From Candidatus Nitrosotenuis sp. (GTDB taxonomy: Archaea; Thermoproteota; Nitrososphaeria; Nitrososphaerales; Nitrosopumilaceae), in assembly GCA_046092065.1 (NCBI GenBank), contig JBJTCW010000098.1:1-36034 (forward strand): a stretch of DNA of 36,034 nucleotides, written 5' to 3'. Below the pieces are notes generated by a model. It searched no databases. It saw only the letters and a program-made list of their open reading frames with translations, and was not told the DNA's origin. A program made the position numbers and the translations under genes. Positions 9,042 to 17,222 of the stretch are shown in pieces. Numbering within the stretch: position 1 is the stretch's first letter; the number at the start of each line of letters is the position of its first letter.

Positions 9042-9494
9042 CTATTTTATCAAATACACCGAAACTGGCCCCATCACATTTCCATTAGGATTGATTGTTA
9101 TCTGTAATTGCTGGTCTTCTAAAATCTCTATTTTGTCCTGGCCCAAATATTTCCAGGTATAGTATTTCCCAATCTCTCCGTGTTCAGTTCCCTCTAGAAC
9201 AAAGTTCTCTGCAAATGAAAATGAAGGACCCTTTAATGCAATTGAAAGCTTTTGCGGGCTGTCTCCGTTTGGAACAAAGCGAAACTCGTAAACTCCTTTT
9301 TTGATCAAAAACGTATCAGAAAAAACTCCATCGGTATATCGTTTAGGATCTGCAAGTCTTGCGTGATAGATTTGTTCGCGTCCAGTGTTTTCAGACGGTG
9401 CAGTAAAGATCAATCCAAACACAACAGATACTGCAATTCCAACTAGAATCAACCCAATGAGGTTTTTCTTTTTCACAAAATTGGCAGAGTGCAA
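9042..9494 (-). CDS. Hypothetical protein with N-terminal membrane anchor and beta-rich domain
   Basis: KKK followed by a hydrophobic helix; beta-strand-rich soluble part; exact start uncertain. Confidence 0.75.
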   Translation of the reverse strand: MHSANFVKKKNLIGLILVGIAVSVVFGLIFTAPSENTGREQIYHARLADPKRYTDGVFSDTFLIKKGVYEFRFVPNGDSPQKLSIALKGPSFSFAENFVLEGTEHGEIGKYYTWKYLGQDKIEILEDQQLQITINPNGNVMGPVSVYLIK

Positions 9495-9534
9495 TTCCTA
9501 TTAAAATTTGCAAAAAACAACAAAAAGAGAGGTT

Positions 9535-10446
9535 TTAGAGCTTTAATGCTTCTTTGAGACCCTTGTACCTGTTTCGGATGGTAACTTCTGTTACGCCTGC
9601 TGCCTGAGCGATATCCTTTTGGGTTTTGTTTTCGCCAAGCATCACGCATGCCAAATACAAAGCAGCTGCTGCAAGACCCATTGGGTCCTTTCCGGCAGAG
9701 ACTTCAATTCGGCTTGCCTCCTTGAGGAATTCAAGTGCCTTTCTCTTTGTCTTTTCAGACAAGTCTGCAATGCTTGCAATTCTTGCGACTCCCTTGATTG
9801 GATCGACTACTGGCATTTTTAGGTCCAGTTCTCTAAGGAGTAATCTATAGCATCTAGCGACGTCTTTTCGCTTGATGTTGATTCCGTTTGCCACATCAGT
9901 CAGGGTTCTTGGGGTTTCTGTGTTTCTGCATGCCGCATATAGGGCAGCTGCAACCAGTCCTGGAATTGAACGTCCTCGAACAAGCCCTTTGTCAAGTGCC
10001 TTTCTGTAGATGTATGCAGTCTTTTCAATTACTGCATCAGAAAGTGCCAGCTTGTCCTTGAGTCTGTCCAGCTCCGAAAACGCCTGTCTAAAGTTTCTAT
10101 CCACTGGTTCGTGGACTTGACTTCTCGAGTCCCAAGTTCTGAGTCTCTCGATGGTGCTCTTCATGGAAGATGTTAGTGGTTTTCCAGATGCGTCTTTGTC
10201 GGCTTGGCCGATAATTGTTGCAAGACCCATGTCGTGCATTGCAAGTGAAGTTGGTGTACCTGTTCGAGTTCGGTTTTCCCCCTCTTCTTTGGAAAAGGAA
10301 CGCCACTCTGGTCCTTCTTCTTCAACTCGCTCTGTTGCAACAAAACCGCATGTGTTACAAAACATCTCGCCAGTGCTGCCATCGGTTAACATTGCGCCTT
10401 TTGCGCAACGAGGGCAACGGTCGCTGTTTCGTGCTGTTTGTGTCAT
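9535..10446 (-). CDS. tfb: Transcription initiation factor IIB
   Basis: Zinc ribbon CPRC...CNTCG, GPEWRSF B-reader, two cyclin folds (RGRS, GKDP) and AGVTEVTIRNRY. Confidence 0.97.
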   Translation of the reverse strand: MTQTARNSDRCPRCAKGAMLTDGSTGEMFCNTCGFVATERVEEEGPEWRSFSKEEGENRTRTGTPTSLAMHDMGLATIIGQADKDASGKPLTSSMKSTIERLRTWDSRSQVHEPVDRNFRQAFSELDRLKDKLALSDAVIEKTAYIYRKALDKGLVRGRSIPGLVAAALYAACRNTETPRTLTDVANGINIKRKDVARCYRLLLRELDLKMPVVDPIKGVARIASIADLSEKTKRKALEFLKEASRIEVSAGKDPMGLAAAALYLACVMLGENKTQKDIAQAAGVTEVTIRNRYKGLKEALKL

Positions 10447-10472
10447 AAGGTGTAATCCATTTCTAGATTCTC

Positions 10473-10480
10473 TATATAAA
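10473..10480 (-). promoter_or_regulatory. TATA box of tfb (probably leaderless transcript)
   Basis: TTTATATA on the minus strand about 27 nt upstream of the ATG at 10446. Confidence 0.55.
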
Positions 10481-10828
10481 TATTACACAAGACTTATCTA
10501 TAAACAGCAGTACGAAAATCGATTTATTGACTGTACTGCATCTGGAGTAGAAATGCTGGTTCAAAATGATTGGGGTTGGAATACTAAAGAATCAGCATCG
10601 TACCTTTTGATTCTTGCACTTTATTTGAAAAAACTAGACCGCAAAAAGTTTTGCAGAAAAATTCTAAACATGTCTTCTAAATTTTTCTGGCAGCAAATTT
10701 TTCCGGCCTTTTCATTTTACCAAAAATCATCTTTTTCTGGCTCAAATTTTTGATCCATAATTTTGAAGCTTTATTGATCCAAAAAACGTAAACCTTAAAT
10801 AGTATATATAGAACGGACTACTATAAAA

Positions 10829-10924
10829 ATGGAAACATGTCCATTGTGTGGCGAGTCCACAATATCACACGGAGTGCATTCTCACATCAAAAAGATGCAC
10901 CCACAAAGCATTCTAGCCCAGTAA
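10829..10924 (+). CDS. C2H2 zinc-finger microprotein (31 aa)
   Basis: Manual translation METCPLCGESTISHGVHSHIKKMHPQSILAQ; CxxC-x11-H-x4-HP; TTAAATAG at 10795-10802. Confidence 0.7.
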   Translation: METCPLCGESTISHGVHSHIKKMHPQSILAQ

Positions 10925-11054
10925 ACTAGGCGAATTGTTTTTTATTTATCTCAAGTCTCCCAGCCTTGGCTGTAGGCTCAAAAGTTCGCCATTAGATCTT
11001 TTGGTAAAATAGATTTCACACCTTTCGATTTCAATAAATTATAAAAAATCAGCC

Positions 11055-11696
11055 ATGACAAACTTCCAGAACTCTTGGTCCAAACCAACAACACCGGGTA
11101 TTTCTGAAAAATTGGGTGACATAATGAAGCCAAAAGGCGCATTAAAGCCAAGAATTGAGCAGGCAACAAAAAGCCTTCAAAATCAAATCTCAAAACTTGA
11201 CGGAATGCTGACCAAACTAAAGCAAAGAGAGGAAAAACTATTCCAAAGAATAGTCCAAGCTACCCAAAAACACGATACTCAGACTAGCAAAGTTTTAGCC
11301 AATGAACTAGCCGAGGTCCGAAAGGTCTCAAAAATGCTAGGAAACTGCAGAATGGCGCTAGAACAAATCGAACTAAGACTAACCACATTCCACGACCTAG
11401 GAGACACAGTAGTCACAATAGCACCAACAATCGGCCTAATGAGAAGCCTCAAGTCTTCGCTTGGCAAGTTCATGCCAGAGGCAGACCACGAACTAGGCAT
11501 GATGACAGAGATGCTAAATGGACTAATGGCAGAATCTTTCTCAGGCGAGGGTGCGTTTGGCATGGATCAAACAACCAACGAGGAATCCGACAGGATCCTA
11601 GAGGAAGCCGCAGCCGTAGCAGAGGCATCAGTGGGCAGCAAATTCCCATCGACACCAGTAAGCTCTCAAACTGCAACCTCAACAAGATACCTCTAA
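11055..11696 (+). CDS. cdvB: ESCRT-III / Snf7 family protein (CdvB paralog)
   Basis: Helical Snf7 core with LANELAEVRK, ALEQIELRL.T..DLGD and ILEEAAAVAE, plus a Pro-containing tail (KFPSTP). Confidence 0.9.
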   Translation: MTNFQNSWSKPTTPGISEKLGDIMKPKGALKPRIEQATKSLQNQISKLDGMLTKLKQREEKLFQRIVQATQKHDTQTSKVLANELAEVRKVSKMLGNCRMALEQIELRLTTFHDLGDTVVTIAPTIGLMRSLKSSLGKFMPEADHELGMMTEMLNGLMAESFSGEGAFGMDQTTNEESDRILEEAAAVAEASVGSKFPSTPVSSQTATSTRYL

Positions 11697-11714
11697 AGTA
11701 TCTCTTTTCTTCTT

Positions 11715-11791
11715 TTATTATTCCAAAAACTGCCTAGTTTTGCATAGTTTTTCAAAAACGTCCTAGTTTATCCTAGTTATTATTCCAAAAA
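11715..11791. repeat. Repeat array: 15-bp direct repeat enclosing two tandem 10-bp pairs
   Basis: TTATTATTCCAAAAA at 11715 and 11777; TGCCTAGTTT-TGCATAGTTT at 11731-11750; TCCTAGTTTA-TCCTAGTTAT at 11761-11780. Confidence 0.7.
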
Positions 11792-11795
11792 TGGC

Positions 11796-11819
11796 TGTTC
11801 CACTAGGCGTTCCGCTGTG
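11796..11819 (+). repeat. Tandem 12-bp motif, copy 1
   Basis: TGTTCCACTAGG CGTTCCGCTGTG. Confidence 0.7.
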
Positions 11820-11825
11820 AAGTGA

Positions 11826-12299
11826 CTAGATTTTCTGCCTAGATTCCTTGATGGATTTGACCTTGTTTTCTTCGCCTTCAACTACGCTGTCTATGCTGGC
11901 GAGCTTGCTTCGTAGGTTGCCTATTAGGGCGCCAACCTCGTCTGCCTGCTTTTCAACCTGAGAGCGTTTATTGGATAATTCCCGTATTCCGCGACCCTCT
12001 TCCTCGATATAGTCGCTGACTTTGGTCAGTTTTTCCTTTAAATTCTGAATATCAACGGATTCGTCCTCTATTTCCTTGACCAGGCGGGTTCGCTTGTCCT
12101 TTAGGTTCTTTATCATCAAACCGACATAATCAATGGCTTCTTCCAGCTTGGCGCGCTTGTTCATCAGGTCTGCAATACCTATCTCTGAACCGGATCCTGC
12201 CTGTTCCGCTATGCGTTCCGCTTCAACTTTGGGCTTTTCCTGCTCTAACATGCCAGTACCCTGTTCAAATTCCTCGGTCTTCTTAAATTTTTCAAACAT
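11826..12299 (-). CDS. Coiled-coil hypothetical protein
   Basis: Continuous heptad repeats over about 110 aa after a low-complexity N-terminus. Confidence 0.85.
   Translation of the reverse strand: MFEKFKKTEEFEQGTGMLEQEKPKVEAERIAEQAGSGSEIGIADLMNKRAKLEEAIDYVGLMIKNLKDKRTRLVKEIEDESVDIQNLKEKLTKVSDYIEEEGRGIRELSNKRSQVEKQADEVGALIGNLRSKLASIDSVVEGEENKVKSIKESRQKI
12202..12225 (+). repeat. Tandem 12-bp motif, copy 2 (inside CDS)
   Basis: TGTTCCGCTATG CGTTCCGCTTCA. Confidence 0.65.
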
Positions 12300-12451
12300 T
12301 TTGTCTCGGTTATGATGAATAATGTCGTTTTATGCCTAATAAAGATAAAGTGAGACAAAATCCCACAAATGACAAAAATTTCTGACCTGATTTTTGCGCC
12401 ATTTTTTCTCCCCCGCACATCAAAATCACTGTTCCAGACCCCTGAAACACT

Positions 12452-12475
12452 CGTTCCGCCGTGCGTTCCGCTGTA
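12452..12475 (+). repeat. Tandem 12-bp motif, copy 3 (divergent promoter region)
   Basis: CGTTCCGCCGTG CGTTCCGCTGTA. Confidence 0.7.
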
Positions 12476-12520
12476 AGGTTTCAAAATGTCCCTAATCTAT
12501 GGTGCTCACTATACTATAGC

Positions 12521-12808
12521 ATGTCAAAACAACAATACAGGTCCGAAATGGGCATAATGGGGGATATCCTCGACGTCACCATGGAAGGTGGCAGACAAGG
12601 AACCATAGTCTCTGCAATTTCTAGAAGAGCGAACCTTTCACACTATGCAGTAATTGACAAGTGCGAAAAACTATCTTCAGCAGGCTTGGTTCAAACCGTC
12701 AAAACAGAGAAAAACAGACTCTATACTATAACCGAAAAGGGCATAGAGTTCATCCAAGAATTCCGCAAGTTCCAGTCTATTCTGGATACACTGAATCTGA
12801 GGTACTAA
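12521..12808 (+). CDS. Winged helix-turn-helix DNA-binding protein (archaeal HTH_45-like)
   Basis: YRSEMGIMGDIL, ISRRANLS, L..AGLV and YTITEKG; start at ATG 12521. Confidence 0.88.
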   Translation: MSKQQYRSEMGIMGDILDVTMEGGRQGTIVSAISRRANLSHYAVIDKCEKLSSAGLVQTVKTEKNRLYTITEKGIEFIQEFRKFQSILDTLNLRY

Positions 12809-12903
12809 CCATGGATAACCAAGTAGTACTGTGTACTCCAGAGGCGGTTATTCCTAATCTAGAAGGAATGCTTTTTGTAAGGATTAGGGATATCGCCATT
12901 AGA

Positions 12904-14025
12904 ATGGTCAAAGCACCGTTATTGGCTATAGGGCTTCTTCTGACAGTAGTACTGCCTGTACAGTCTTTTAGTTCACTTCGCACTGTTGATTTTACACTTT
13001 ACCCAGATGGAACTGCACACATTTCTCAACAATCTTCCGCCGACCCAACCGAGCCGGAACTAAAGGTGCCTCTTTTTGGCAAGTCCATTGATAATTTGGT
13101 AGTCCAAGACGAGAATGGTTTGCTGTTATCATTTGATATAGACAGCAAAGGAGCTACAATCCAAACTTTTGGCGCATCATCCGTTTCAATTGAATATGAC
13201 AGTTATGATCTAATATCCAAAAAGGGCAAGATCTGGACTTTTGCTATAGACTCGCCAGTTGATTATACCATTACAATGCCGGAAGAATCTACAGTAGTAG
13301 ATATTGGAAACCCAGACAACATTGACACCATTGATGATAAACGAATCTCACTACTAAAGGGCAAAAACCAAATAGAATATTTCTTTAGCACTTCAGGTCC
13401 TGCACTTTCTGCACAAAATGTAATCAATGATGCCAAGGTTTTGATCGCAGAGGCAACTGAGGAAAAGCTAGACACCAAAGCGGCACAAGACAAGCTAGAC
13501 CTGGCAGTATTTGCATATGACAATAAAAAATACACAGATGCCCAAGACTTAGCAGTAGATGCAAAATCGCTGGCTCAACAAGAAATCGACAAGGCCAAAA
13601 CTCAAAACCCACAACCAGACGCGGTAAACTGGTTCAAGGACAATGTGGTTGGAATCGCAACCTCTATTGTGGCACTTGGCGGTGCAATATCTGCAATTAC
13701 ACTTTTACTCAAAAAGACCAAGAGCGCAGTCAAAAAGACAATGGCACCACTGCTCAACAAGGAGGAAGACTCGGAATCGGAACCAGAAGTAGATGCCGAT
13801 GAGCTAGTCACACAAGAAATGAGAGAAGACGACAAGCAACTGGTATCATACTTGGAGAAAAACGGCGGACAAGCCTTTGAGCGTGATCTTAGAAAGAAAT
13901 TCCTCTTGCCAAGAACCACAATGTGGCGCGCAGTAAAACGACTTGAACGACAAGGTGTTATAGAGATAGAGAAAAAAGACTTTCAGAACTTGGTTCGCCT
14001 AAAGAAAAAGGAGGAAACACAATGA
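12904..14025 (+). CDS. Membrane-anchored protein with extracellular domain and C-terminal cytoplasmic wHTH
   Basis: Signal-like N-terminus (MVKAPLLAIGLLLTVVLP), beta domain, helical linker, TM (VVGIATSIVALGGAISAITLLL) and wHTH (LPRTTMWRAVKRLERQGVIEIEK); alternative start at 12811. Confidence 0.82.
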   Translation: MVKAPLLAIGLLLTVVLPVQSFSSLRTVDFTLYPDGTAHISQQSSADPTEPELKVPLFGKSIDNLVVQDENGLLLSFDIDSKGATIQTFGASSVSIEYDSYDLISKKGKIWTFAIDSPVDYTITMPEESTVVDIGNPDNIDTIDDKRISLLKGKNQIEYFFSTSGPALSAQNVINDAKVLIAEATEEKLDTKAAQDKLDLAVFAYDNKKYTDAQDLAVDAKSLAQQEIDKAKTQNPQPDAVNWFKDNVVGIATSIVALGGAISAITLLLKKTKSAVKKTMAPLLNKEEDSESEPEVDADELVTQEMREDDKQLVSYLEKNGGQAFERDLRKKFLLPRTTMWRAVKRLERQGVIEIEKKDFQNLVRLKKKEETQ

Positions 14026-15395
14026 AAACCGTACTGACACTTGCATTATTTGCTCTAGTTGCTAGCATGATTGCAGCACCAGCATTTGCTGATTCCAAGC
14101 TAGATTCTTTTGTTAATCTGGCAAGCCAGGCAAGAATCCAAGTAAAGATTCAGCTAGACAAAATGCCTTCTGCTCCAGACGATGTAAAATCGCAATATGC
14201 CCAGGGTGATGCAGAGACTGAACAGCTAATTGCAGCTGTAAAGAAAGGTGATGCAACAGAAGCCAAAAAGCACTTTTTAGCAGCAATGAAGGCATTCAGA
14301 CAGGTAACCCAATATTTCTCAGATACACCAACTTCGGCACCGGTTTCTGCAATAACACCACAAGTAGCATCAAAAATTGCACCACCAGCAGACCAAGCAT
14401 CAGACTTTGATTATGGCAATGCATTGAAGAGATTTGAGGCAAACATTGCAATACTAAAGGCAGTTGCTGCCAAAAACAACCTGCAGATAGACTTTAGCAA
14501 AATAGATGCCCTTCTCCAGACCGCAAAGGCAAATCTTGCAAATGGAGACACTGCCACACTAGAAAAAACATTTGCAGACCTCAAGACAGCAGGAGCTGAT
14601 CTCCAAAATACAATCAAAGACATGGTAAAAACACGCTCTGACACAAGGGCAGTATCGTTTGCAAACAAGTACACATCCAAAATAGACGCAGTTTTAGCAC
14701 AAGCAAAGGACCTAAACCTGTCAGAAGACCAAATAACAAAATTGCAAAAGGCAAAAGAAGAGCTCTCAAGCAGTGGAGACCCATCACAAATAGTCATCAA
14801 AATAAAGCGTGTTTACCAAATTAACTTGGATCTGCTAGACGCAAAGAACCAAAAGATTCTCTCAGAGATATCCAAGCAGGAAAGCAGGTTATCTCTCTTA
14901 GAACCAAAGATAGACGCTACAATCCAGCCCAAGTTTGATGCAGCAAAGGCAATCCTGGCATCGCTCAAGGATCCAACATCCACAGACGATCCAATAAAGC
15001 TGCTCAGATCACTAGACTCGACAATCAAAGAAATAGAATCTTACTTTATGTCATTGCAGTCAAACACAGACCAAAAAACAGATACACCAAAACCAGAGCA
15101 ATCTCAGCCAGCCGATACAAAATCCCAAGATACAAAGCCAGACACAAAACAAGACAGACGAACAGGCAAAGACGGAAAAGGCCAAAGACTTGGATCTGAG
15201 ATCTCAAAAACAGAGGCAAAACTTGCAGAACTAGAACCGCAAATAGACGACACAATAAAACCAAAGTTTGATTCGGCAAAATCTATGCTTGCCAAGCTAA
15301 AGGACACAGGAGCTGAGCCAAAAAAGACACTAAAGGCAATCAATTTGCTAATTGATGAAATCTCTCAGTACGTTGATTCTAATTCCGACAACTAA
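14022..15395 (+). CDS. Secreted alpha-helical protein with internal duplication
   Basis: Signal peptide ending PAFA; ATGA overlap with the upstream gene; two about 60-aa repeats beginning SEISK. Confidence 0.85.
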   Translation: MKTVLTLALFALVASMIAAPAFADSKLDSFVNLASQARIQVKIQLDKMPSAPDDVKSQYAQGDAETEQLIAAVKKGDATEAKKHFLAAMKAFRQVTQYFSDTPTSAPVSAITPQVASKIAPPADQASDFDYGNALKRFEANIAILKAVAAKNNLQIDFSKIDALLQTAKANLANGDTATLEKTFADLKTAGADLQNTIKDMVKTRSDTRAVSFANKYTSKIDAVLAQAKDLNLSEDQITKLQKAKEELSSSGDPSQIVIKIKRVYQINLDLLDAKNQKILSEISKQESRLSLLEPKIDATIQPKFDAAKAILASLKDPTSTDDPIKLLRSLDSTIKEIESYFMSLQSNTDQKTDTPKPEQSQPADTKSQDTKPDTKQDRRTGKDGKGQRLGSEISKTEAKLAELEPQIDDTIKPKFDSAKSMLAKLKDTGAEPKKTLKAINLLIDEISQYVDSNSDN

Positions 15396-15439
15396 TCCTA
15401 ACAAAACTTCATATAGATTTTGAAGACCAGCAAACTTGC

Positions 15440-15634
15440 ATGGCATCAAAGCAGATCTCCTTTGGCGTTGGCATACCAATGATAGTGGTAGGCGCATTGA
15501 TGGCATTTTTGTGGGCTCCAACAAACACAGAATGGATTGAGACAATAGGATTTGTTGGAAGCCTAATCGGAATCTTGGGCGTTATCTTTTTTGTGGCAGG
15601 CCTCATGTACACAAAACAACCTGTCATATCCTAG
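15440..15634 (+). CDS. Small two-TM membrane protein
   Basis: Two hydrophobic helices; fits the gene spacing. Confidence 0.75.
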   Translation: MASKQISFGVGIPMIVVGALMAFLWAPTNTEWIETIGFVGSLIGILGVIFFVAGLMYTKQPVIS

Positions 15635-15670
15635 TCTGAATTAAATAATGATTCTAGTTAGATCGGCTAC

Positions 15671-16384
15671 TTGAAAGTAAGACTCTTTGAGATATTCACA
15701 TCATTAGAAGGAGAGGGAATTCTGTATGGAACCAAAACCCTCTTTGTAAGGCTTGCAGGATGTCCCTTTACCTGTTTTTACTGCGACACCAAGGAGTCTT
15801 TACCTATGGATTCTGGCAAGGAATACGAAATATCGGATGCCTGTTCTCTGATTGAAAAAAATCTGGCAGACAAAACCTACAAGGTCAATTTTACCGGCGG
15901 CGACCCGCTAGTCCAGGCAGAGGCAGTGGCAGAGATAGCAAAATTCATCCAGTCGAAAAACATCCCGACATATTTGGAATCATCGTGCTATGATTCAAAA
16001 AAATTTGCCAAGGTTTTGCCGTTCACTGATTACATCAAAATTGAGCTAAAGACAAAAGACTCGGACTTTGTCGATGCAAAACATTATTCTACATTGATAG
16101 AAAATGCATTGGACTGTCTTGAACAATCTATATCTGCAAAAAAACCAACATACATCAAAATTGTTGTTTCGCAAAAAACAACACTGGAAGAATTTTCGAC
16201 ACTTGCACAAAAAATCTTTGAAACGGTCTCAGCTAAGGATCTCAAGGGTTTTATAATACAACCGACCTATGGAGTAGCAGAACCGACATTGCAACAACTT
16301 TTGAGCTTTTATGATGCAGTTTATTCTAATTATTCCGAGGTACGAGTAGTACCGCAACTACACAAGCTGATAGGTGCACCATGA
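15671..16384 (+). CDS. queE: 7-carboxy-7-deazaguanine synthase (radical SAM)
   Basis: EIFTSLEGEG, FVRLAGCPFTCFYCDT (CxxxCxxC), TGGDP and PQLHK; TTG start. Confidence 0.93.
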   Translation: MKVRLFEIFTSLEGEGILYGTKTLFVRLAGCPFTCFYCDTKESLPMDSGKEYEISDACSLIEKNLADKTYKVNFTGGDPLVQAEAVAEIAKFIQSKNIPTYLESSCYDSKKFAKVLPFTDYIKIELKTKDSDFVDAKHYSTLIENALDCLEQSISAKKPTYIKIVVSQKTTLEEFSTLAQKIFETVSAKDLKGFIIQPTYGVAEPTLQQLLSFYDAVYSNYSEVRVVPQLHKLIGAP

Positions 16385-16932
16385 ACAAAGAACGAGTGCG
16401 CAAGCTAGTGCGAGAACTAATCATAGAGATGGGAGAGGACCCAACTAGAGAAGGACTTCGAGGAACACCTGACAGAATCGCAGACATGTACGAAGAGATC
16501 TTTTCTGGGTATGATTCGGATTCGGAACTATCAGTCCAGTTTTCAGAAGACTCGGATGCAGTAGTGGTAAAGGACATTAAGTTTTATTCAATGTGCGAGC
16601 ATCACATGCTTCCATTCTTTGGCAAAATCAGCATAGCATATTTGCCAAATGGACGAGTCTTTGGCGTATCCAAGCTAGTAAGACTGGTGGAAAAATATGC
16701 AAAGAGACTGCAAATCCAAGAAAGAATGACCAAAGACATTGCAGATGAGCTATATGCACAAGGAGTCAAGGGAGTAATGGTAATGTCAGAGGCAGAGCAT
16801 TTTTGCATGAAAATGAGGGGAGTCAAAAACGACGCTACAATGACTTCTGCTGCCTATAGGGGATTCTATGACAGAAAGGAAAACCGTGAAGACGTCATTG
16901 CCATGATTCGCAACAAATCCTCAATTCTTTGA
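16381..16932 (+). CDS. folE: GTP cyclohydrolase I (type IA)
   Basis: GEDPTREGL..TP.R, SMCEHHMLPF, RLQIQER and HFCMKMRG. Confidence 0.95.
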   Translation: MNKERVRKLVRELIIEMGEDPTREGLRGTPDRIADMYEEIFSGYDSDSELSVQFSEDSDAVVVKDIKFYSMCEHHMLPFFGKISIAYLPNGRVFGVSKLVRLVEKYAKRLQIQERMTKDIADELYAQGVKGVMVMSEAEHFCMKMRGVKNDATMTSAAYRGFYDRKENREDVIAMIRNKSSIL

Positions 16933-16967
16933 AAAAGATAAATAATCAACCAAGAGGTTAGCTTTTC

Positions 16968-17222
16968 GTGGGAGCACACAACAACGTACACATTCCAGGA
17001 GAATCTTGGCCACACTTTACATGGCTTGCAATAGAATTCTTTGTTGTGTTGGCAATTGCCGCATTTAGCTCTCGTGAACTGGTAAACATTGTTGCAAAAG
17101 AGGCAACACCTTCAATGCAAAACTGGTACTTTTTCGGATTTATTGCAATAATAGTTCTGGTCTGGTACATGGGAATCCGATACGGAATCTTGCGCAAAAA
17201 AGTCCTAGAGACTCGTTACTAG
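16968..17222 (+). CDS. Small two-TM membrane protein
   Basis: Two hydrophobic helices; GTG start; TATA-like sequence upstream. Confidence 0.7.
   Translation: MGAHNNVHIPGESWPHFTWLAIEFFVVLAIAAFSSRELVNIVAKEATPSMQNWYFFGFIAIIVLVWYMGIRYGILRKKVLETRY

Noticed and set aside
10151-10753. 200-aa ORF on the + strand
   Set aside because: Half is antisense to tfb; the rest runs through the tfb promoter and AT-rich spacer with no recognisable domain
11715-12475. Repeats considered as a CRISPR array or insertion-sequence ends
   Set aside because: No regular repeat-spacer period, no cas or transposase gene, and repeats are short, direct and degenerate
12661-12810. N-terminal extension of the 454-aa ORF
   Set aside because: Overlaps the wHTH gene in another frame; ATG 12811 or 12904 is more plausible
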